DNA from: a virus
Strand: one strand, 5' to 3'
Virus record (IMG/VR): IMGVR_UViG_3300027797_000012
Coordinates: 66,554-130,553 of that record
DNA length: 64,000 nucleotides
Part shown: positions 13,820 to 22,044 of the stretch, in pieces
Layout of the letters: each line of letters begins with the position of its first letter
How positions within the stretch are numbered: the first letter of the stretch is position 1
Program-made: the position numbers and the translations under genes
The notes under the pieces: model-generated
What the model was told of the DNA's origin: nothing
The model's input: the letters and a program-made list of their open reading frames with translations, nothing else
Databases searched by the model: none

Positions 13820-13961
13820 TACGTCTAAATATTCTTTTTAGTAGGTTAATTATAAAGTTTTCTACCTTTGCCTCTAACAGTCCTTCTGCAGTTTCGTCCT
13901 TGTAGTGGTAAGTGTGATACCGTCTATTGCAGTAAGTATCGTGAAAATGTCGGCGACTCAT
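13812..13961 (-). CDS. Small hypothetical protein (49 aa), probably leaderless; not in the ORF track
   Basis: Manual translation MSRRHFHDTYCNRRYHTYHYKDETAEGLLEAKVENFIINLLKRIFRRSA; TATAAT 8 nt upstream; stop overlaps the start of the next gene. Confidence 0.45.
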   Translation of the reverse strand: MSRRHFHDTYCNRRYHTYHYKDETAEGLLEAKVENFIINLLKRIFRRSA

Positions 13962-14013
13962 GTTACTATATTATACCTATAACTGCACGTAATACGCTAA
14001 AGATAGGAAAATT

Positions 14014-14823
14014 ATGAAAAAGGTTCTTGTCACAGGTGGCTTGGGGTACATTGGGTGCGCCACAGACGTCGCGCTAAAAGCGCACGGCTACACACCTATC
14101 ATAACTGACAAGAAGATAGGCAGTTCTACAGAGAACATTCTTAAGATGCTTATAGTTTTTTTGCGCGACAGACCTGTAGGTGTTATCCATCTTTCAGCTA
14201 AGAAAAGTATAGGCGAATCTAAAAATCATCCTATTTCATACTACTGGAACAATGTGTCTTCGACTGTGTCCATAGCTATTCTGTGCAGACTTTTTAATCT
14301 ACCTATCGTCTTTGCTTCATCCGCCTCGGTGTACGAACCTACTAACCCTTACGCTAGAAGCAAGTTGTTAGAGGAACAGATACTTTGTAAGGTTAAATCG
14401 CACGTGATTCTGAGATACTTTAATATAGGAGGAAAAGCGCCTGGCGTTTCTGACACCGCAAAGCAGAATATATTTTCTATTCTTGACAACGTGCAAAGAG
14501 AAGGGTTGACATTTATAGTCAATAGCCCTAACTCAACGCGAGACTACACGCACGTTCTTGATATAGCAGAAGCTAACGTACGCGCGCTTGAGTATGCGCT
14601 GGCGGGAAACAAAAGCATTCTAACCGACGTATTTTCTGGAGCTCAGTACTCAGTGCTAGACGTGATAGAAGAGTATAGGAAGAACAATGTAATTATTGCG
14701 TATTCTACTAATAGCGCGGTAGATAAGACTATATACCCTAAACATAACAAGCTAGACTTGCTTCAGTGGGCGCCTACGCGTTCTTTTTTTGATATAGTTC
14801 GGTCAGAGATAGAGATAGATTAG
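14014..14823 (+). CDS. galE: NAD-dependent epimerase, UDP-glucose 4-epimerase-like
   Basis: VLVTGGLGYIG, HLSA.KSIGES, SSASVY, YxxxK (YARSK), LRYFN, RDYTHV.DIA.A. Confidence 0.8.
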   Translation: MKKVLVTGGLGYIGCATDVALKAHGYTPIITDKKIGSSTENILKMLIVFLRDRPVGVIHLSAKKSIGESKNHPISYYWNNVSSTVSIAILCRLFNLPIVFASSASVYEPTNPYARSKLLEEQILCKVKSHVILRYFNIGGKAPGVSDTAKQNIFSILDNVQREGLTFIVNSPNSTRDYTHVLDIAEANVRALEYALAGNKSILTDVFSGAQYSVLDVIEEYRKNNVIIAYSTNSAVDKTIYPKHNKLDLLQWAPTRSFFDIVRSEIEID

Positions 14824-14842
14824 CTGATTTTACAAAGAAAGA

Positions 14843-14857
14843 TGATAAGGTATAACC
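14843..14857 (+). promoter_or_regulatory. Extended -10 promoter for a leaderless transcript (TGA-TAAGGT-6 nt-ATG)
   Basis: -10-like hexamer 6 nt before ATG 14858; same geometry as the promoter of 17391. Confidence 0.5.
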
Positions 14858-16513
14858 ATGAAAGTTGCCGCTTACTCTATTGCCCTTAATGAAGAAAAAC
14901 ACGCCGCGCGCTGGGCCGAAACTACCAAAGGCGCCGACATCCGCGTTGTATGTGACACTGGATCCACAGATCGCACCGTTGAGATCCTGCGCGAGCATGG
15001 CGTCATCGTTTATGAAATTAACGTAAAGCCTTGGCGTTTTGACACCGCGCGAAATGCAGCGCTCGCGCTTATACCATCTGACATAGACGTATGCCTAAGC
15101 CTAGATCTTGATGAGACGTTAGATGAAGACTTCTTTGACAAGGTAAAAGAACACTGGGTGCCTGGCGCAACTCGTGGTTGGTGTGATTTTGACACGGGGC
15201 ACGTCTGGTCTATGTGCAGACTTCATTCACGCGATGGAATGTATTGGAAGTGGCCTATTCATGAAGTGTTTGTTCCTTCATTAGACACTAAGCTAGTTAA
15301 CTGCACGATACCTACAAAGATGTATCATAAGCCGGATAGCTCTAAGCCTCGTAGCCAGTACTTGCCTATGCTTGTTGCAGCATGCGCTGAAGAAGGAAAT
15401 GCAAAAGATCATCGTCTTGTTACGTATCTATGTAGAGAATACACGTATTATCGTGAGTGGGAACTTGTAATATCAACCGCAGAAAGACTTCTAGCGTTTA
15501 GTGATGACTGGGTAGTTGAACGTGCTGCTGTGTGTCGCTGGGCAGCAGAAGCTTGTCGCAACTTAAATCGTTTAGAAGAAGCTATGTCATGGGCGGATCG
15601 CGCTATCGAGCTAGATCCATGCGGAGAAAATTACTATGAAAAAGTTAACTGCTACTACGCCATGAGAGACTGGGGCGGAATGTGGGAAACTTCTAAGCTT
15701 GTAGCCACGTGCGCTCCAACAAATCATTATCTTTCTTCTGGGTCTCTATGGAAGTGGCAGCTCAACGACATGCGCGCCTTGTCAGCGCACAATCTTGGCG
15801 ATAAGAAAAAGGCAGTCCTATACGGGCAAATGGCGTTAGACGCTAATCCTACAGATCAACGCCTTGCAAATAACATCAAATTTTACGAGCAAGGCATTGA
15901 AAACTTAGAAGAAACTAGTATAGCTTCAGGACCAGCAACTTCAATATTTGAAAGTATATACAAGAATAGCCACTGGGGAAAAGGCAGTGGCCCTGGGTCA
16001 ACTGAGGAAGCTACATTAGAGTATCGAAAAATAGTGCAAGAGTGGGTTGACAAGAAAGAGATAAAAACAGTATTAGATCTCGGCTGCGGAGACTGGCAGT
16101 TCTCTAAGCTTCTTGACTTTTCAAGCGTGGACTATACAGGCGTCGACGTTGTGCCAGACGTTATCGCGCAAAACGATATGGCATACGGCAGTAACAACAT
16201 TAAGTTTGTCTTATCTGACGCGCTTAATTTTGACTTCCCTGAAGTAGATTTAATCCTATGTAAGGACGTTCTTCAGCATCTTCCAAATAATGACGTTGAC
16301 GTTATCGTAAAAAGAATACAGAAAGCGGCAAAGTACGCTTTGATATGTAATACGACATACACTCACGACAGTATTAACTACAATATTTCTCCAGGTGGCT
16401 ACCGTGGACTAGACTTAAAGCTCCCACCATTCTCAATGCAGGTTGAGACTGTGCTGCAGTGGGAAACTGCAGGGGCACCTAAAAGAATAGACCTAATAAC
16501 AAGAAAAGACTAA
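14858..16513 (+). CDS. GT2 glycosyltransferase-TPR-class I methyltransferase fusion
   Basis: IALNEE...DTGSTDRT...WRFD.ARN.AL...LDLDE...PIHE; helical TPR-like middle; C-terminal W..GSGPGS...VLDLGCGD...GVDVV...KDVLQHL. Confidence 0.85.
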   Translation: MKVAAYSIALNEEKHAARWAETTKGADIRVVCDTGSTDRTVEILREHGVIVYEINVKPWRFDTARNAALALIPSDIDVCLSLDLDETLDEDFFDKVKEHWVPGATRGWCDFDTGHVWSMCRLHSRDGMYWKWPIHEVFVPSLDTKLVNCTIPTKMYHKPDSSKPRSQYLPMLVAACAEEGNAKDHRLVTYLCREYTYYREWELVISTAERLLAFSDDWVVERAAVCRWAAEACRNLNRLEEAMSWADRAIELDPCGENYYEKVNCYYAMRDWGGMWETSKLVATCAPTNHYLSSGSLWKWQLNDMRALSAHNLGDKKKAVLYGQMALDANPTDQRLANNIKFYEQGIENLEETSIASGPATSIFESIYKNSHWGKGSGPGSTEEATLEYRKIVQEWVDKKEIKTVLDLGCGDWQFSKLLDFSSVDYTGVDVVPDVIAQNDMAYGSNNIKFVLSDALNFDFPEVDLILCKDVLQHLPNNDVDVIVKRIQKAAKYALICNTTYTHDSINYNISPGGYRGLDLKLPPFSMQVETVLQWETAGAPKRIDLITRKD

Positions 16514-17391
16514 AGAACGTCTGGGACGTTTATAGCGTTATACTTAGCTTCTCTAGTCTCCGGATCTGCTAATTCGTTGTACATCCACGTAGACGCGTCT
16601 GCGTTTTCAGTTAACGTAAGTACTCCGTATATCTTTCTATTGTCTAGGTACTGATCTACGTTGTTCTTTCTTGCTGACTCTGAGAATACCATGTATTCCC
16701 AGCGATCAGATTCTTCAAGGTAACTAAGAGTGCCAAGATGCTCTCGCTTAATTAAGTACGTGCAGTGCACGCAGTCAACCTTATGCGGCTTACGCTCTTT
16801 CTGATAAAGAATCTGATAGTAAACTGGTTCAGGTATTACCGATCCGTAGCTATCTACTATATAGTGGTAATTAGAATAGTAGCGTCCTTCATGTCCAGCA
16901 AGACGATCTTTTTGATCTTCGCTGTCTGGGTGCTCTGGTGTAGCTACCGCATACCTAAGCAGAGGCGCAACGATAGGGAGATCAAGCGCAACTAGTTCTT
17001 TAAGTGTTTCAGGGTATATAAAGTTATCAGCGTCAATAACAAAGTAGTAATCGCTACCGGCGCGTACAGCTTGACGCAGACTCTCTTGACGTATTTTACC
17101 GAGAACTCTAAATCGTTCTCCGTTCCATTCGTGCACTCCGTAATTTTCAACTTTAGTAGATACGTTTGAGCAGTCAAACAAGTAGTCTTGATACTTGTTA
17201 CCGTTGGCAGAAAGCCACTCACGAAGAATTTTTTCAGAGTTATCTGTATTGTTATTTGTTCTTACGTACAAAAATATCTTATCTTTAGGGTAGTCAAGCT
17301 CTTCTAAGGTTCTTAGAAACAGAGGAAGAACAGCTTCTTTTTGCTTAACAAGTATGGCTATAAATACCGTAGGAAGATCAATATCATTCAT
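16510..17391 (-). CDS. GT-A protein resembling the N-terminal domain of procollagen galactosyltransferase (COLGALT)/PLOD accessory domain
   Basis: PTVFIAIL.......LP.FL..LE.LDYPKDKI......N.DNS..ILREWL...RQ..L..A....DY.F.IDADN...TL..L......VAPLL...YSN...VH.TYLI. Confidence 0.7.
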   Translation of the reverse strand: MNDIDLPTVFIAILVKQKEAVLPLFLRTLEELDYPKDKIFLYVRTNNNTDNSEKILREWLSANGNKYQDYLFDCSNVSTKVENYGVHEWNGERFRVLGKIRQESLRQAVRAGSDYYFVIDADNFIYPETLKELVALDLPIVAPLLRYAVATPEHPDSEDQKDRLAGHEGRYYSNYHYIVDSYGSVIPEPVYYQILYQKERKPHKVDCVHCTYLIKREHLGTLSYLEESDRWEYMVFSESARKNNVDQYLDNRKIYGVLTLTENADASTWMYNELADPETREAKYNAINVPDVL

Positions 17392-17406
17392 AGGTATAAC
17401 ATATCA
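17392..17406 (-). promoter_or_regulatory. Extended -10 promoter for a leaderless transcript (TGA-TATGTT-6 nt-ATG)
   Basis: No Shine-Dalgarno sequence; hexamer 6 nt before ATG 17391. Confidence 0.5.
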
Positions 17407-17417
17407 TATTTATTTGT

Positions 17418-17930
17418 CTATTCTTTAGTCTTTTTCCTAGTAGGTTTTTTAGTCTTTTCACGTTCTTTCTTAGCGAGCTTTTCTTCCCTCTGAGCGTGGT
17501 ACGCATCAACAGCGTTCGCGCTTGTTCGCGAGCGCCAGGTAAAGTCACATGCCTCGCATTGAACAAGACGCATAGTTGCCCAACGGCCTCCGCCTGGAAC
17601 ATCAACAACTAATGTCTTAAGCTTATTTGGTCGTGCGTTACATGCAGGGCACTGTGGGAAGCGTTGACGACGCGATTCTTGCCCGTTCCATGAAACTGAA
17701 AGAGTACGACGAATTTCACCTTCGTCTTTTCCACCCCAGATTCCCCAGATTTGTCTATGTTCAAGCGCCCACTTTAAGCAGTCACGACGAACAGGACAAG
17801 AAAAACATAAGTTCTTTGCTTGATACTTTTCAGAAGGTTCAGATGAAAAGAAAAAATCTCTTATTCCTTCATTCTCCTTTAGTGCGCAGGCTGAATCTTT
17901 CTGCCAACTTAAATCAATAGAAGCGCTCAC
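17418..17930 (-). CDS. whiB: WhiB-family Fe-S transcription factor with C-terminal zinc ribbon
   Basis: W...AC...FF...AK.LC.SCPVR.DCL.WAL...GIWGG, then CPAC...CEAC and a basic tail. Confidence 0.9.
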   Translation of the reverse strand: MSASIDLSWQKDSACALKENEGIRDFFFSSEPSEKYQAKNLCFSCPVRRDCLKWALEHRQIWGIWGGKDEGEIRRTLSVSWNGQESRRQRFPQCPACNARPNKLKTLVVDVPGGGRWATMRLVQCEACDFTWRSRTSANAVDAYHAQREEKLAKKEREKTKKPTRKKTKE

Positions 17931-18271
17931 TCTGCGTGTACCTCTACCCAGGTGACGGAAAATACTTGATCAACTACGTCACCTTCGCGTGTTTCTCCTT
18001 CTTCATCGCACGCGGTAAGCTCTGTATCTCCGTCAATTTCACCGGCGTAGCCATACGCCAAGTAGGACGACTCTAAAAATTGAAAACCTTTTCCTAATGA
18101 TACGGATACGCCATCGCGCTGTAAGGCAGACGCTAATGCGCGGCGGATAAGCTCGTTCTCTAGGTCTATATGGTCTTCTGTGAAGAACACGATAGATTCA
18201 TCGTTTAGTTGTTCATAACCGTCTCCGGTCCATTCTTTCCACAAAAGTTCGCCTATACGCGAGTCTTTCAC
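17927..18271 (-). CDS. Hypothetical acidic protein
   Basis: RBS gggag before GTG; stop overlaps the whiB start. Confidence 0.6.
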   Translation of the reverse strand: MKDSRIGELLWKEWTGDGYEQLNDESIVFFTEDHIDLENELIRRALASALQRDGVSVSLGKGFQFLESSYLAYGYAGEIDGDTELTACDEEGETREGDVVDQVFSVTWVEVHAE

Positions 18272-18409
18272 TGTCTCTCCCTTACGCCGCCGTAAGAGGA
18301 ATACTACACTGGAAAGTGAGCCATTGCGCGGATAAACGCAGATTATTTTAGAGCAATAAATTACCTCAGGCTAGGCGTGAAAGTGTCTCTAAGAGTCACT
18401 GAGCAATGC

Positions 18410-18937
18410 CTACATATTGTTGTAGGTGCCTAGTTGAAGCACGCCGTTACTATCAGGCCATAGGTACTGATAGTACTCAGGACGATAACCTTTATCCTCT
18501 GGCCAGTTAAATTGAGAATACCAGTCGTACTCTTTGCGTAGTAAAGCAATGCGGTGGGTAGAGGCAATTTGCTCGTATGTATCTTTGTCTTTAAACCAGT
18601 AAGGAAAGGTAAGCTCGTCGCTGATACGCCCTAGCTCAAGCGCGCGGACTAGTGTTCCTTGAATCTTAGGAATCATTGTAGATTTGTAACCGCGAGCTAG
18701 CCACTCGTCACACATTGTAGTTGCGTACATAGACAAAGCTTTTTCGTGGCCTTCCCACATCTTTGCTGCAGGATGATTACGCCAGCCTTTAGGGTCACGG
18801 TGTTCGCCCTGTGGATTTAGCGAGGTAAGCACTAACATAAGTTGCCACGCCTCAAGGACCTGCTTATTAAGGCGCTTGTTGTCTAGTTCTTGAGCAATAT
18901 GCTCGAAGGAGCTAGTCTGAGGTAGAAAGGTTTGCAT
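18410..18937 (-). CDS. Pyrimidine-dimer DNA glycosylase (DenV/MSMEG_6728-like)
   Basis: MQTFLP...LD.KRL.KQ.LE..Q...GW.NHPA..MW.G.E...EW..RGY...SHR-like THR..LLRK...Y.WP. Confidence 0.85.
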   Translation of the reverse strand: MQTFLPQTSSFEHIAQELDNKRLNKQVLEAWQLMLVLTSLNPQGEHRDPKGWRNHPAAKMWEGHEKALSMYATTMCDEWLARGYKSTMIPKIQGTLVRALELGRISDELTFPYWFKDKDTYEQIASTHRIALLRKEYDWYSQFNWPEDKGYRPEYYQYLWPDSNGVLQLGTYNNM

Positions 18938-18963
18938 ATATTCGTCCGTTCGTCATTGTGTAA

Positions 18964-18972
18964 ATTATATCA
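18964..18972 (-). promoter_or_regulatory. Extended -10 promoter (TGA-TATAAT)
   Basis: Consensus hexamer; the TGA doubles as the stop codon of the upstream gene. Confidence 0.6.
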
Positions 18973-19284
18973 GGTAGGCGTGTCCTCTGGCGGTATTTCG
19001 TCAAAAGGAAGAACATTTTCTCCCTCCATGTCCATATCCATTTCTGAGTCAGCTTCTTCTATATCATCAGCTGAAACGTATATACCTACAACTGTAACCT
19101 TACTGCAGATAAAGCATTCGCAGACCGTGCCTGGAGAAAGTTTAATAGGTACATTTACGCTAACTAACCGCGTCAGAATGTTCCCTTCCATGTCTACGCT
19201 TTCTGGTTCCCACACGCTATTTTCCGCAATCCAACACCGCTCACAAAGTGGAACAAGATCATCGTTGTAATCGCGTATACTCAT
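18970..19284 (-). CDS. Hypothetical protein with two CxxC motifs
   Basis: CERC...CFIC, acidic tail; overlapping start/stop with the upstream gene. Confidence 0.6.
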   Translation of the reverse strand: MSIRDYNDDLVPLCERCWIAENSVWEPESVDMEGNILTRLVSVNVPIKLSPGTVCECFICSKVTVVGIYVSADDIEEADSEMDMDMEGENVLPFDEIPPEDTPT

Positions 19285-20546
19285 TTAGCGCTAGTCTCCA
19301 TAGGGCTACTGTACCACTGTTTCTTGGCGTAGTGTCTTGAGAATCCTTTGTCTGAGTCGATTAAGTACTCTCGGTCTCCGATTAGCTCCGCAGGTTCTCC
19401 TTGTGGGTTTCCGTCAAGTGCGTCTTTAAGTGCCTTACCAATCCAGTTGGCCGCTTGCACTGGGACAGCCTTGCCCCATACAGCCGCCAGGTGAGAGTAA
19501 TTGCGCGATTCTTCAATGTTCCAATCGTCAGGCAAACCTTGCATACGAGCAGACTCGCGATGCGTAATAAGGCGCGGTTGCGTCGGATGAATAACGTGGT
19601 CTAGCGCAGAGCCGGTAAGCACGTTGCACCAGTGATCTTCTTTCCAACGGTACGGTTGCGAAAAGCCAAGCTTAAAATTTTTACGAATAACACGAGGAGA
19701 AATGTCAATCCACTTCTGAGGAAACTTACCGTCATTTAAGTCTACGGCTTTCTTAAGCGCACCGCCGGTGTCACCGTTGCCTTCCCAGCCGTCGTTGCCG
19801 ATGATGCTAAAGATCTCTTCAATTCGTTGCGCATGGATGTTTGTTTTACCGATGTGACCGTCAACCATTCCATTTTTTGTGCGTAGGTGCTTAACCCACT
19901 TAGAAGGAGAAGGCGCGGTATACTTTTGCTTATTCCAAGTCTGAGGCATCTCCGCAAGATCACCGATGATGTCCATGATACGTGGAAGTTCTTTAGGTTC
20001 TGGAGTTACCGCGCTAAACTTAAGTCCTGACTCAACAGCAACCCAGAAGTAACGCGGGCGATATGAAAATCCGCCAACCTGTAGGTTATTTTCCTTAACG
20101 TGATACAAATCGTATTTTTTACCGGAGACTTGCTCGACCATGTCGCGATACTTAACCATTACGTCGCGCCCTTGCGTGTACGCTTGCTGAACACACTCGA
20201 ACACTATAGCGCGTGGTTTTACGCGTCCAGCGTATTTCATAAAGGCTACGGTATGCTCGTGTGCCTTAGAGTCAGGTCCACGATTTGCAGGGCCAGACCA
20301 TACAGACCAACCGGAGCATGGCGGGCAACCCATGACGATGTCTGCTTTTTGCACGCGCCATTCGTTAGGATCGTCTGAAAACTCTGAGGTCCAGTCATCT
20401 CCAAGAAGATGACGGTTGCTTTCTGCAACTACGTTTCCAAAGTTTAATGTTCCGGTGCGTTGAATCATCTTCATGTCGTTTTGGATAAAGCCAAGACTCA
20501 TAAAAGCTGCAAGCCCGTTGCAGTCGATAAAGGTATGTTGTGACAA
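19281..20546 (-). CDS. DNA cytosine-C5 methyltransferase-fold enzyme with atypical cofactor motifs
   Basis: Motif IV GCPPCSG, VI FECV, VIII YRPRYF, IX RE.ARMQGLPD, X WGKAVP; motif I degenerate (DCNGLAAFMSLGF). Confidence 0.85.
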   Translation of the reverse strand: MSQHTFIDCNGLAAFMSLGFIQNDMKMIQRTGTLNFGNVVAESNRHLLGDDWTSEFSDDPNEWRVQKADIVMGCPPCSGWSVWSGPANRGPDSKAHEHTVAFMKYAGRVKPRAIVFECVQQAYTQGRDVMVKYRDMVEQVSGKKYDLYHVKENNLQVGGFSYRPRYFWVAVESGLKFSAVTPEPKELPRIMDIIGDLAEMPQTWNKQKYTAPSPSKWVKHLRTKNGMVDGHIGKTNIHAQRIEEIFSIIGNDGWEGNGDTGGALKKAVDLNDGKFPQKWIDISPRVIRKNFKLGFSQPYRWKEDHWCNVLTGSALDHVIHPTQPRLITHRESARMQGLPDDWNIEESRNYSHLAAVWGKAVPVQAANWIGKALKDALDGNPQGEPAELIGDREYLIDSDKGFSRHYAKKQWYSSPMETSAK

Positions 20547-20609
20547 GGTGTAGCCCTTCGTAGTTCCTAGGTAGGACCTTATACCGACATCGCACTTATG
20601 GCATGCTAT

Positions 20610-20933
20610 TTACTCAGAAAGATTTGCTTTTTTCTCTAGATCAATCATGCCTACCTCATAGCCGCAACCTGCGTATCCCGCGATATCAATCCAGGTATCT
20701 CCCTGGAACCCAGATTTAGACGCGTATCGAGCGACTTTAAGACCTACCATCATCATGGCAACGTCTTCTTGTGATAAGTCTATACCTAGTATGACTGACC
20801 AGATCTTGCCTATTCTAGCAAAGTTTTCTTCAGGAGCGCCGTACTGCGCATCTCTATCTCCAGAGATAATTTTAGCAGCTTCGCGTAGAGCTTCTACTCG
20901 GTACTGCAGAGGCTCATTTGATGAATCAGCCAT
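20610..20933 (-). CDS. DUF6378-like all-alpha protein (nucleotide-metabolism associated)
   Basis: EA..II.GDR...YG.P..NF.RI...WS...DVA.MM..LK.AR...D.W.DIAGYA. Confidence 0.75.
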   Translation of the reverse strand: MADSSNEPLQYRVEALREAAKIISGDRDAQYGAPEENFARIGKIWSVILGIDLSQEDVAMMMVGLKVARYASKSGFQGDTWIDIAGYAGCGYEVGMIDLEKKANLSE

Positions 20934-21144
20934 GCTTAGTCTCTATCTTAGTGCGTATTGTTATGTAGGCAATTAGCATTCCGTCATTGTTAGGATCTTC
21001 ATTAAAGTCCCTAGCCTTTAGTTCAGAATCAGGCGGCAACTCCGCAGAGTCGTTATTTACAAATCCTTGCCAACTTTTCTTTGCATTGGCAAGAATTTCA
21101 TCGATGTTTCTACCACGAACAATAAGCTCTACTGTAGATCGCAT
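20926..21144 (-). CDS. Hypothetical protein
   Basis: Tightly coupled to both neighbours in the operon. Confidence 0.55.
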   Translation of the reverse strand: MRSTVELIVRGRNIDEILANAKKSWQGFVNNDSAELPPDSELKARDFNEDPNNDGMLIAYITIRTKIETKHG

Positions 21145-21563
21145 TAGCGAACTCTCTTCTCTAGTTGGTGCGGTGAATAGTGTGCCCCGTCTAAGATAGG
21201 TTCTTTATCATCTGTAGACTTAAATATAATGTCGCCGTAACGGATTCCTACAACCTTACCGCGTCTCCCGTTGTGAATACCGCCGGTTGCGCCGTCGTAC
21301 GCGTCAGCCTTGACACGCACGTCGTCACCTAGACTAATTGCGCCTGGTTGCGCATCAACCCATAGCTCATCAGGATTATTTTTTACTGCGGCATGCCCAA
21401 GAGAAAGACGGCTAAATAGCGCTATAACTTCCTTTTGCTGGTTTACTGATAGGGTAATATCTTTCCAAGTTGCAAGAAGTTTAAGTGTAGCATTACCGAT
21501 ACCTACTTTAGTCTTTGCATCTTGCATTTCAGATCTGACCCATTCATCGTTGACTTCAGGCAC
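21144..21563 (-). CDS. Hypothetical protein with C-terminal SH3/KOW-like barrel
   Basis: GDDVRV...HNGRRGKVVGIRYGDIIF; RBS aggagg. Confidence 0.6.
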   Translation of the reverse strand: MPEVNDEWVRSEMQDAKTKVGIGNATLKLLATWKDITLSVNQQKEVIALFSRLSLGHAAVKNNPDELWVDAQPGAISLGDDVRVKADAYDGATGGIHNGRRGKVVGIRYGDIIFKSTDDKEPILDGAHYSPHQLEKRVR

Positions 21564-22041
21564 TGTAGTCTACCTCCTTAGGTAAGCACTTTGCGCACAT
21601 GTCTGGGCTAGCGCCTCTACCAACGTCGTCGATAGCTCTAGTGCACAATGCACATTTTACGCCTTCTTCTTTAACTTTGTACCCTTTTAGCTGTCTTTCT
21701 TTATTGCGCTCCATTTTTTCAAGATAGAACTTGTCAAGCATTTCGTCAGTTCCGCCAGCTGCAACAATGATATTAGCCACAAAGTGTAGAACATCAACAG
21801 CTTCTTTGATTACTTCTTCTCTATCAGCGTAAGGTTGGTCGTGTTGCCAAGGCTTCCACGAGATTGCTTGGCGCATCTCTGCAAGTTCATCGTCTACCGC
21901 AAGCATGTTCCAGCGCAGGTACTCAACGAACCGACGTATATTCTGAGGCTTATCGCCTTCCATATCTTCGTAGTTAATAAAGTACACGTCTTTTTGTAGA
22001 TCTTTTGTTCTTTTTAGCCATGAATTAAACAGAATAGTCAT
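21556..22041 (-). CDS. All-alpha dNTP pyrophosphatase, T4 gp56 dCTPase/dimeric dUTPase type
   Basis: E..E.....WKPW...E.VD.LHF.......G......Y..K...N..RQ..GY; short C-terminal CxxC...CxxC. Confidence 0.8.
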   Translation of the reverse strand: MTILFNSWLKRTKDLQKDVYFINYEDMEGDKPQNIRRFVEYLRWNMLAVDDELAEMRQAISWKPWQHDQPYADREEVIKEAVDVLHFVANIIVAAGGTDEMLDKFYLEKMERNKERQLKGYKVKEEGVKCALCTRAIDDVGRGASPDMCAKCLPKEVDYSA

Positions 22042-22044
22042 ATA

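Noticed and set aside
20610-22041. 2-aminoadenine (Z) or 7-deazaguanine modification pathway
   Set aside because: No PurZ, DpdA, QueC/D/E or FolE-like genes recognised in the window; the evidence points to pyrimidine modification.
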